DNA of 59,727 nucleotides from contig CAVJZP010000004.1 in assembly GCA_963654365.1 (NCBI GenBank), positions 1 through 59,727 on the forward strand. The letters run 5' to 3'. The stretch is from Oscillospiraceae bacterium (GTDB lineage: Bacteria > Bacillota_I > Bacilli_A > RFN20 > CAG-288). This document shows, piece by piece, positions 8,196 through 16,096 of the stretch. The notes under the pieces were generated by a model. It did no database searches, was not told the DNA's origin, and saw only the letters and a program-made list of their open reading frames with translations. How positions within the stretch are numbered: the stretch's first letter is position 1; each line of letters starts with the position of its first letter. A program made the translations under genes and the position numbers.

Positions 8196-8836
8196 AAAAC
8201 GGAAAATATCAGGTAATGGTTGTCGAAGATCAGAAGATGCCAAAAGACCTATTCGTCCATATGATCAGCCAAAGCGAAAAATATGAAGTTGCTTTGACTT
8301 TGGAAAATGCATCGATTGCCGATGTCGCCTTATTGAAATACGATATCGATCTCATCCTCATGGATGTCATCACCGAAAACGGGGCGAATGGGTTATTCGC
8401 TTCGGAAAAGATCAAGAAGTCCTATCCGAACATTAAGATCATCATCGTCACCTCCATGCCGGAATTCTCCTATCTGGAAAGAGCAAAGAGCATCGGCGTA
8501 GAAGGCTTCTGGTACAAAGAGGGAGATGAGGAATCCATCCTATCCATCATGGATAAGGTGATGAACGGAGAAACAGTCTACCCCGAGAAGACACAGAAAG
8601 TGACTGTCGGACTTGCAAGCAGCGAAGAGTTCACCTACCGGGAACTGGAGATTCTGAAACTGATGACCGGTGGCTATTCCAACATTGAAATCGCAGAGAA
8701 ACTGAAGGTCTCTCCTGGCGTCATCAAAAATCATGTCGCCACCATGCTCGTTAAAACGGGTTTTCGTTCCCGCACCCAGCTTGCAGTAAGAGCGAGGGAG
8801 ACGGGTCTTGTCATATTAGATGAAAAAGATGCCTGA
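8192..8836 (+). CDS. Response regulator, REC + LuxR/FixJ-type HTH (NarL family)
   Basis: Start set at ATG 8192 (ATGA overlap with the kinase stop, GGAGAGGAAAG upstream). VMVVEDQ...DLILMDV form the receiver acidic pocket. YRELEILKLMTGGYSNIEIAEKLKVSPGVIKNHV is a LuxR-type HTH. Confidence 0.85.
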   Translation: MKNGKYQVMVVEDQKMPKDLFVHMISQSEKYEVALTLENASIADVALLKYDIDLILMDVITENGANGLFASEKIKKSYPNIKIIIVTSMPEFSYLERAKSIGVEGFWYKEGDEESILSIMDKVMNGETVYPEKTQKVTVGLASSEEFTYRELEILKLMTGGYSNIEIAEKLKVSPGVIKNHVATMLVKTGFRSRTQLAVRARETGLVILDEKDA

Positions 8837-8863
8837 TTTTCTTATCCTTTCTTCCTTCTTTGC

Positions 8864-8876
8864 TATAATGTTGCTA
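8864..8876 (+). promoter_or_regulatory. -10 box placed for a leaderless GNAT transcript (candidate)
   Basis: TATAAT at 8864-8869, then 6 nt (gttgct), then ATG at 8876. There is no Shine-Dalgarno sequence and the -35 is weak. Confidence 0.3.
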
Positions 8877-9481
8877 TGGATTTCAGAACAAGACCCTTTG
8901 AAGACAATGATATCGAGATGCTTCTTCCTGTCTTATTGAAGACATGGACATATGGAAATCTTTTTTCTTTGGAAAAGAGAAGGAAAGCAACCGAACTATT
9001 TCTCTACCGTTGTCTTTCTATGTCCGATTACCGAAGTGTCCTTCTTTCCTCTAATCATGTAAAAGGAATCCTACTTGCTTCTACGCATCCTGACTACAAA
9101 GACGGATATTATGATTTCCTGTTCGAAAAGGTTTCCAATGAATACAGAAAAGACAAAGAAATTGATGAATTGGCTTTCTACAACGATATCGTCTTTTTCT
9201 CCAATAAGACATTGAAGGAAAAAGAAAGGGAAGACTATCAGGAAATCATTCTTCTTGTTCTCGACACGGATCTTCAGGGAAAAGGATGTGGAAAGATGCT
9301 GATAAATGAATTCCATTCTATAAGAGACAGAAAGCGTCCGATTCTCTTAACGAGCGATGAAGACTGCAACTATCCTTTCTATGAGCATTTAGGATACCAC
9401 ATCAAAACGGAATGCAGTCTCCCTTACAAATTCAATAAGAGGAAAGAGATTCTTCATTCGTATCTGTTCTATCTGAAATAA
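8876..9481 (+). CDS. GNAT-family N-acetyltransferase
   Basis: LLVLDTDLQGKGCGKMLINEF matches the acetyl-CoA binding motif A (Q/R-x-x-G-x-G/A). Size of 201 aa is typical. Confidence 0.7.
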   Translation: MDFRTRPFEDNDIEMLLPVLLKTWTYGNLFSLEKRRKATELFLYRCLSMSDYRSVLLSSNHVKGILLASTHPDYKDGYYDFLFEKVSNEYRKDKEIDELAFYNDIVFFSNKTLKEKEREDYQEIILLVLDTDLQGKGCGKMLINEFHSIRDRKRPILLTSDEDCNYPFYEHLGYHIKTECSLPYKFNKRKEILHSYLFYLK

Positions 9482-9502
9482 TAATCTGAAAGGAGATATC
9501 CT

Positions 9503-10813
9503 ATGGTTCATCCAATCCGTGCTATAAGAGAGAGAGCAAAACAATGTTCTCACGTTCTCAGAAATCTGTTCGACAGAAATGTCCTCTGGATTTTCCTATT
9601 AGCCATAACGGTTCTTGCTCTTACAATCCGATATCTTGTCATCACCTATCCGACCAACGATGTCGTCGGTTACATCCTCAACGGATGGATGAGCGATATT
9701 GAAAAGGTAGGATTCAAAAAATTCTACACCATCAATGCCGATTACTCTCCTCTCTATCTCTTCCTTTTAGCCTGCTTCACCTTGCTTCCGAAAGGAGAGA
9801 AGATATCCATCAACGGATATTCCTATTACATCAATGATATGTACTATGTGAAGTCCGTCTACTTTCTGATGGACCTATTGATTGCACTTGGCATCTATCT
9901 CATCGTAAGACATGTCACAAAGGACAAAGTCAAAGCGACGATCGGATACTGTGTCTTTCTCCTTCTTCCTGTTCAGTTCACCAATTCTGCTCTGTGGGGC
10001 AATGCTGACAGCATGTACTTCTGCTGCTTCATCTATTGTATTTACTTTCTCTTGAAGAGAAAAGACCACTTGGTCTGGTTCTTCTTCGGACTTTCTCTCT
10101 CCTTGAAGATGCAATCCGTCTTTATCCTGCCCTTCCTCTTCTATGTGATGTTCTCGGGGAGACTGAAATTCTATCCGATCTATATGGTATTTGTTGCACT
10201 AATGCTCTCTTTCCTTCCTAGCTATATCTGCGGAGCCGGTTTCAAAGAGCCGTTCCATTATTTCATAGCACAGATAGGAGGCTACAGCCAATTGACCTTG
10301 GGCTGCGCAAACTTCTGGAAGTTCTTCTCCGCTGTGAATATGGATTCCGCCTCTTCTCCCTTAAATCAGGCCAGTGTCTATATCGGATTAGCCTTGATCC
10401 TTCTCTTTACAGCCATCATCTATATCAGAAAGATCCATCTTACGGATGAAAATATCGTCTATACCGCCTGTTTCCTGATCGGGATTGTCCCCTTCTTCCT
10501 TCCTCATATGCATGAGCGTTACTTCTACGCTTTCGATGTCCTGTTACTTGTCTATGCCTTAGTCAGAAACGAGAAAAAGAAATATTTCCTAGTTCCTCTG
10601 ATGCAGATTTCCTCTGGCATTGCCTATTACCACTATATGTCCGGTTTCAGCATCTATCTGATCGACATCCTAAAAGAGGATTCTGTCACATTGGCAGCCA
10701 TCATCAACCTTGTCCTTCTATCTATCCTCTTTATCGATCTGATGAACCTGGATCACTCCTCTTTGACAAAGGAAAAGGACAAGGAACTCCTTACAAAAGA
10801 TTTACTGAAGTGA
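9503..10813 (+). CDS. GT-C-fold integral membrane glycosyltransferase-like protein (Gpi18/PIG-V-like mannosyltransferase type)
   Basis: 436 aa with about 10 or more hydrophobic segments. The early motif NADYSPLYLFLLA is typical of this family as I recall it. GGAG-type RBS upstream. Confidence 0.5.
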   Translation: MVHPIRAIRERAKQCSHVLRNLFDRNVLWIFLLAITVLALTIRYLVITYPTNDVVGYILNGWMSDIEKVGFKKFYTINADYSPLYLFLLACFTLLPKGEKISINGYSYYINDMYYVKSVYFLMDLLIALGIYLIVRHVTKDKVKATIGYCVFLLLPVQFTNSALWGNADSMYFCCFIYCIYFLLKRKDHLVWFFFGLSLSLKMQSVFILPFLFYVMFSGRLKFYPIYMVFVALMLSFLPSYICGAGFKEPFHYFIAQIGGYSQLTLGCANFWKFFSAVNMDSASSPLNQASVYIGLALILLFTAIIYIRKIHLTDENIVYTACFLIGIVPFFLPHMHERYFYAFDVLLLVYALVRNEKKKYFLVPLMQISSGIAYYHYMSGFSIYLIDILKEDSVTLAAIINLVLLSILFIDLMNLDHSSLTKEKDKELLTKDLLK

Positions 10814-13642
10814 TCTCTTTTTCTTTCTGAAGTCGAGATAGAGAAAAGAGACGAGTCCTATAAAGGCAAGGACACTAATAACAGCACCGATAGCAAAACC
10901 AAGATCCGTATAACGGATTTCGATTTTGTGTTCTCCGACTGACAAAGAGGAGAAATCCACTGCCGCAAAGATATTCATCCTTGTGACGACTTTCTGCTTC
11001 TTGCCGTCGATATAGATGGAGATTCCTCTTTCATTGGGAAGCGTGAATAAGAGCGTCTTATTCTCCATGCCTTCCTTGATGTTCACTGTTCCCTGATAAG
11101 AGAAGGAGAAAAGAGAACTTTTGTTTTCCAAATCATTCGAGGAAGACTCTTTCAGGGCATCGAGATATTCACCAAGTATCGCAAGATCTTCATAGTAGGC
11201 AAAGGGACGGAAGAGCTTATCCTCAATATCGGAAGTTAGGGTATAGGATAAGACGTGAGTATGAGTGGAATTGTCTTCGAATCCTCTGATTCCTTTATGC
11301 CAGTAGCTATGGTTCTCGTAGTAACGGTTATCTAGATAGGTGCGATAAGCTGTCGTTGCATTCTTATCGTAGAAATAAAGGTTGTTGTTATATCCGTCTT
11401 CCGTGACAGTGAAGCGAAAGCGGATAGTAGCACCTTTTTTCGCCGTGATATGATAGAAGCCGTCCGAATCTACGGTATAGGTATAAGCGGAGGAGTCCTC
11501 GATTTTCATCGGAAGAGCGTGGAAGATATCTTTCTTCTCTCCGTTTTCATCGACAATCGTAGAGATCATCGTCTTATACATCTCGTTCTGATATTCGAAG
11601 TGATCGTAATAATAGACGCTTCCGTCTTCTCTTCTTTCTCCTTCTGAGACATAGTGGTAGGAGTCATCATCGATCAGAAAGGCATACGAGAGGGCTTTGT
11701 CATTCTGATAATAGGTATAGCCATCCACTGTATCCTTCATATCGATTTTATGAAAGAAATTGTTCGAACTTGTGTTCTTCATGAAGATTGGCTTATTCGT
11801 TGTAGAGGAGTTATCATCGATGAGATATTTCAGGTTGAGGAAGCTATTCATCGCTAAGGTACTTCCACCATCATAGCGTTCAAAGAAATAGTTATAGTGA
11901 AAGCCTAATTTTTCAAAGTATTCTTCTACGATTTTCTTCTCATTGGAGGAGAAGTGACTCAATCCGCTAAAGGAATAGAAGAGAGGATTATTATCGATGA
12001 GGTTATAGTTGCCTGGTCGATTGAATGTCGACTCCATTCGATAATTGTTGCTCGCATCATAGTTCTTTACTGCCTCAAAGACAGGAGTCAGCTCTAAATC
12101 CTCTTGATAGGTAGACATCTCCTGATACTGCTCTTTCTCGACATTCTTATTGAGAATATTGCTTTCTCCACGATAGGAGGAATAGCAGGCTAAAGGAAGA
12201 AGAGAAAGAGTAAGAAGGCCTTCTGTGATCTTTCCTTTTCCTTCCATCTTTTTCCACATCTTCAAAAAAGGAGGAATGCCAGACAAGATACTGGCAGAGA
12301 GATAGATCAATAACGACGGAAGAGAAAACGTATAGCGGGTATAGCCTTCCAGTTTCGCAACCCCAAGAGAATTGTCCGTATACAAGACAAGCGGAAGAAC
12401 AACAGCAGCGACAACAAGAGGAAGAAGGAACGAATACCACTTGCTCTTCTCATAGGCATCATAGTCCTTGCTAGCCAGATAACAGGTCAGAAAACAGATG
12501 ACAAAACTATATCTAGCCGGGAACCATGTCGGTTCTCTTCCGCCATGGAATAAAGCGTTAAGTATCGAATTACTGACAAACAGGAACATCACAAACACAA
12601 AGACAAGAGAAGCGATTCTTTCTCTTCTTGTATATCCGGGATTAAGGAAATAACGGAGAGCAAAGACTAGAGAGACTACGCCAGTGAACATGGATGCATA
12701 TCCGAAATAAACCTGAATAGCCTGAGGTGTCTCATAATTGTTCTCCAAGAATCCCGTGAAGAAAGTAGATATCTTCAGATTGCTGAAATTCGGGAAGGAC
12801 TGAGTTGCCTTTGTTCCGCTGAAATGAAGGAAGGCAGCAAACCAAAATACCGATGCCAAAAGTCCGCCGATGACAGAGAGAAGAATCGTATGGAGGAAAT
12901 AGTTCTTCTTCTCCTTCCATTTTCTTCCATCGGAGAAGAAAAGATAAAGAAAGAAAAGAACAATGAAGAAGCAGAGAATAAAGCCGATATACCAGCTTGT
13001 CATCAGTCCGTAGAAGACACCAAGAGGATAAAGCCAGTAATGCTTTCCTTCCTGGATGAAGAACAAACCTAATATGATAAGAGGAAGAATCATCACTCCA
13101 TCTAGCCACATGAAGTTCGAAATATAGATCATCGAATAGGAACAGAGTCCGTATCCGATGGCAAACAGAATATTGCCTAGGCTCAGTTTCCTATAATGGA
13201 ATCTGGCAAAAAGATAGAAGTTCAAAGAGGCAAAAGACATCTTCAGAATCGATGTGATAAGGAAGAAATCCGGAATCCCTTCCTGAGAGAAAAAGACAAC
13301 AAGAAGATTGAACGGAGACGCTAAATAGAATGTAAAAATCGAGAGGAAATCACCTCCGAACACCTTCGTCTGAGTATAAACCAAAGAACCGCCATTCAAT
13401 AATATGTTGCGGTAATAATTCATATAGGCAATATATTCTGACTGCATATCGAAACTGATGATGGTAAGTCCATCCTTTTTGAAAGGAGAGAAGCCTAACG
13501 ACTTAAAAAGGATGCATAAGATAAGAAAAGGAATAAAGAAAGCAAGGAGCATGTAAACGATTTCCTTGCCAATCTTAAATGCCTTGTTTTCTCTGAAGTG
13601 CCATAGCTGAGCAACCTGATTCGTTTCCACATTCGTATCCAT
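10802..13642 (-). CDS. YfhO-family membrane glycosyltransferase
   Basis: ORF track 10802..13672. Start moved to ATG 13642 (GGAGA upstream). The N-terminal multi-TM region contains FDMQSEYIAYMNYY and FYLASPFNLLVVFF, typical of YfhO. A large extracytoplasmic part and a final TM follow. About 946 aa. Confidence 0.8.
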   Translation of the reverse strand: MDTNVETNQVAQLWHFRENKAFKIGKEIVYMLLAFFIPFLILCILFKSLGFSPFKKDGLTIISFDMQSEYIAYMNYYRNILLNGGSLVYTQTKVFGGDFLSIFTFYLASPFNLLVVFFSQEGIPDFFLITSILKMSFASLNFYLFARFHYRKLSLGNILFAIGYGLCSYSMIYISNFMWLDGVMILPLIILGLFFIQEGKHYWLYPLGVFYGLMTSWYIGFILCFFIVLFFLYLFFSDGRKWKEKKNYFLHTILLSVIGGLLASVFWFAAFLHFSGTKATQSFPNFSNLKISTFFTGFLENNYETPQAIQVYFGYASMFTGVVSLVFALRYFLNPGYTRRERIASLVFVFVMFLFVSNSILNALFHGGREPTWFPARYSFVICFLTCYLASKDYDAYEKSKWYSFLLPLVVAAVVLPLVLYTDNSLGVAKLEGYTRYTFSLPSLLIYLSASILSGIPPFLKMWKKMEGKGKITEGLLTLSLLPLACYSSYRGESNILNKNVEKEQYQEMSTYQEDLELTPVFEAVKNYDASNNYRMESTFNRPGNYNLIDNNPLFYSFSGLSHFSSNEKKIVEEYFEKLGFHYNYFFERYDGGSTLAMNSFLNLKYLIDDNSSTTNKPIFMKNTSSNNFFHKIDMKDTVDGYTYYQNDKALSYAFLIDDDSYHYVSEGERREDGSVYYYDHFEYQNEMYKTMISTIVDENGEKKDIFHALPMKIEDSSAYTYTVDSDGFYHITAKKGATIRFRFTVTEDGYNNNLYFYDKNATTAYRTYLDNRYYENHSYWHKGIRGFEDNSTHTHVLSYTLTSDIEDKLFRPFAYYEDLAILGEYLDALKESSSNDLENKSSLFSFSYQGTVNIKEGMENKTLLFTLPNERGISIYIDGKKQKVVTRMNIFAAVDFSSLSVGEHKIEIRYTDLGFAIGAVISVLAFIGLVSFLYLDFRKKKRSLQ

Positions 13643-13750
13643 ACCTGTTCTCCAATCTATTTGATAAAACAATATAGTCAGTCATATCTATTCAAAACAA
13701 GATAAATTTTATCATACCACCGGATTTGCGAAAAGAAGTGATGATTTTTC

Positions 13751-13779
13751 TTGTCTTGCTTGCGTAAATGTGATATATT
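13751..13779 (+). promoter_or_regulatory. Promoter candidate for the tRNA Cys-Arg-Pro cluster
   Basis: TTGTCT, 17 nt, TATATT, ending 9 nt before tRNA-Cys. Confidence 0.45.
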
Positions 13780-13788
13780 GAACAAGCT

Positions 13789-13863
13789 GGTTCCATAGCC
13801 AAGTTGGTAAGGCAAAGGACTGCAAATCCTCAACCCGCGGTTCGAATCCGCGTGGAACCTCCA
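13789..13863 (+). tRNA. tRNA-Cys (GCA)
   Basis: Hand-folded cloverleaf. Acceptor GGTTCCA/TGGAACC, anticodon loop CTGCAAA, T-loop TTCGAAT, encoded CCA. Confidence 0.9.
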
Positions 13864-13869
13864 TCGTTT

Positions 13870-13946
13870 GCCCTCGTAGCTCAGTTGGATAGAGTATCTG
13901 ACTACGAATCAGAGGGTCAAGAGTTCGAGTCTCTTCGAGGGCACCA
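13870..13946 (+). tRNA. tRNA-Arg (ACG)
   Basis: Acceptor GCCCTCG/CGAGGGC, anticodon loop CTACGAA, T-loop TTCGAGT, encoded CCA. Confidence 0.9.
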
Positions 13947-13983
13947 TTTCTCTGAGCCGCTTAGCAGCTCTTTTTTCTTAAAA

Positions 13984-14060
13984 CGGGAGTTAGCCCAGTT
14001 TGGTAAGGCACCTGCTTTGGGAGCAGGGGATCGTGAGTTCAAATCTCGCACTCCCGACCA
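13984..14060 (+). tRNA. tRNA-Pro (TGG)
   Basis: Acceptor CGGGAGT/ACTCCCG, anticodon stem CCTGC/GCAGG with loop TTTGGGA, T-loop TTCAAAT, encoded CCA. Confidence 0.9.
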
Positions 14061-14071
14061 TGTTAGAAATC

Positions 14072-14097
14072 AAACCCAGCGATGGGTTTTTTCTTTA
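14072..14097 (+). terminator. Terminator of the tRNA cluster
   Basis: AAACCCA-gcga-TGGGTTT followed by TTTTCTTT. Confidence 0.7.
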
Positions 14098-14158
14098 TTT
14101 TGCTGAAATATTAACCAATTTCAGTTAAATAATGCAAGTTTTATAGGAGGATAGTATT

Positions 14159-14725
14159 GTGAAAACTGACAATGTCTATTCATATTCCATCGAATTGAAT
14201 AATCATGAAATCTTGCCTTTGTCTACGATGGAAGGCAAGGTGATCCTGATTGTCAACACTGCTCTTCATTCTCCGTTTACGGATTTCTATCCCTTTTTGG
14301 AAAGTCTCTATCGGCGCTATTCCTCCGAAGGCTTTACTATCATCGATGTCCCTTCAAATCAATTTCAGAATCAGACTCCGGAGAGCGATGAAGAGATTGA
14401 CACCTATTGCAGAAAGGAATTCAAAACCACTTTCCTTCGCGCTGTCAAACAGGATGTTTCAGGTAAGAACAAATCGGAGTTCTTCTCTTATCTCATCCGG
14501 AAAAAGAAATTCAAAGGTTTTGATCCCAATCATGTTTTGACCCCCGTTCTCAACTGCCGAGAGATCAAGAAAGGTCCCGACTGGATGACAAGTCCTGAGA
14601 TCAGAGAGAACTTCACCTTCTTTTTTATCGACAGGAAAGGAAAAGTCTCTAAAAGACTAGAGGCGACAACAGACAAAGGGAAGCTGGAATCTTCCCTTGT
14701 CCAACTGTTGAACAAAGTTGACTAG
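14159..14725 (+). CDS. Glutathione-peroxidase-fold protein lacking the peroxidatic cysteine
   Basis: GTG start 8 nt after AGGAGG. GKVILIVNTA, NQF, EEIDTYC and NFTFFFIDRKGKV follow the GPx family order, but N-T-A-L-H-S-P-F-T replaces N-x-A-S-x-C-G-x-T. Confidence 0.65.
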   Translation: MKTDNVYSYSIELNNHEILPLSTMEGKVILIVNTALHSPFTDFYPFLESLYRRYSSEGFTIIDVPSNQFQNQTPESDEEIDTYCRKEFKTTFLRAVKQDVSGKNKSEFFSYLIRKKKFKGFDPNHVLTPVLNCREIKKGPDWMTSPEIRENFTFFFIDRKGKVSKRLEATTDKGKLESSLVQLLNKVD

Positions 14726-14785
14726 TGTGTTGCTTCTTATATATATATTTAATAAAATACTTTTTGTTTATTTGGAGGTTTCAAT

Positions 14786-16090
14786 ATGAACATCGGTGTA
14801 ATTTCGTTAGGATGTGCAAAGAATCAGGTAGATTTAGAGGAAATCTTAGCCTATCTGAAGATGAATGGCTTCGAGACCGTTTCGGATCCTGCCTTAAGCG
14901 ATATCATCATCGTCAACACCTGCGGATTCATCGATTCGGCTAAGACAGAATCCATCGATGCCATCTTGGAGATGACACAGTACGGAAAGCCCGTTGTCGT
15001 GACAGGCTGTCTTGCCACAAGATACCTTGAAGATCTCAAGAAGGAGATTCCGGAAGTCGCCTTATGGATTCCGTTAGAGGAATACAAAAACTTCTCCGCT
15101 CATTTCCAGACCCTTATCAACGACAGAAAGTTAGTCGGTGAAATCGATCCTACCAAGAGAGTCTTCATCTCTCCGAAGAGAGAAGCATATCTGAGGATCT
15201 CAGATGGCTGTGACAACTTCTGCAATTTCTGTGCCATTCCGCATATCAGAGGTAGATTCCATTCCGTTCCTTTTGAAATTCTCAAGGAAGAACTCGACAT
15301 GCTTGAGAAAGAGGGGGTAAGAAGTCTTACCGTCATCTCTCAGGACACTTCTATGTACGGAAAGGATATCGGGCTGACTCTCACTGATCTCTGTAAGGAA
15401 ATCATGAAGCATGAGTCTTTTGACTTTGTCAAACTGATGTATCTCTATCCCGATGAAGTCAGCGATGATCTGATTGAACTCTTTGCCACAGAGAAGAGAC
15501 TCACTCCATACTTCGATCTTCCTGTTCAGCATTTTGCTCCCCATATCCTAAAGAGGATGGGAAGAAGAGGAAGCGAACAGGATATCATCGACCTCATCAG
15601 CAAATTCCGTGCCAAGGTTCCGGAGAGCATCATCCGTACCACTGTCATGGTCGGCTTTCCGGGCGAGACAGAAGAGGACTTCGATGAACTGATGAAACAG
15701 GTCAAGGAAATCCGCTTTGACCATCTCGGCTGCTTCATGTTCTGTCCGGAAGAAGGAACCCCGGCCAGCAAGTTCAAAGACCAGATCGACGAAAAAGTCA
15801 AAGTCGAACGCTATAACAAGGTCATGAAAGAACAGAAGAAGATTTCCTATCATCTCAACAAAGAGAGAATCGGAAAGACCTATACCTGTCTTGTCACAGA
15901 GCAGAATCCGGACTTCTCCTATTCCTGCATCTGCAATCTTTACGCTCCCGATGACATCGATGGAAAGATGAGGCTCTATTCCAAACTTCCCATCAAGCCA
16001 GGAGACCTTGTCGAAGCCAAGGTAGTCAACGCCTTATTCTATGACGTCGATGCCGAGGTTACGAAAATCATCCGAACAGAAAACGAATAA
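14786..16090 (+). CDS. rimO: Ribosomal protein S12 methylthiotransferase
   Basis: MNIGVISLGCAKNQVDLEE is the MTTase N-domain of RimO type. DGCDNFCNFCAIP is the radical SAM CxxxCxxC motif. A C-terminal TRAM-like region is present. 434 aa. Confidence 0.75.
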   Translation: MNIGVISLGCAKNQVDLEEILAYLKMNGFETVSDPALSDIIIVNTCGFIDSAKTESIDAILEMTQYGKPVVVTGCLATRYLEDLKKEIPEVALWIPLEEYKNFSAHFQTLINDRKLVGEIDPTKRVFISPKREAYLRISDGCDNFCNFCAIPHIRGRFHSVPFEILKEELDMLEKEGVRSLTVISQDTSMYGKDIGLTLTDLCKEIMKHESFDFVKLMYLYPDEVSDDLIELFATEKRLTPYFDLPVQHFAPHILKRMGRRGSEQDIIDLISKFRAKVPESIIRTTVMVGFPGETEEDFDELMKQVKEIRFDHLGCFMFCPEEGTPASKFKDQIDEKVKVERYNKVMKEQKKISYHLNKERIGKTYTCLVTEQNPDFSYSCICNLYAPDDIDGKMRLYSKLPIKPGDLVEAKVVNALFYDVDAEVTKIIRTENE

Positions 16091-16096
16091 TTAGTT

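Noticed and set aside
12147-13109. Several 60-125-aa ORFs on both strands inside the YfhO gene.
   Set aside because: They are alternative-frame or antisense ORFs within a gene whose own translation shows clear family motifs. They have no independent signals.
13804-14106. 100-aa ORF.
   Set aside because: It spans the three tRNA genes (Cys, Arg, Pro). The RNA genes explain the sequence fully.
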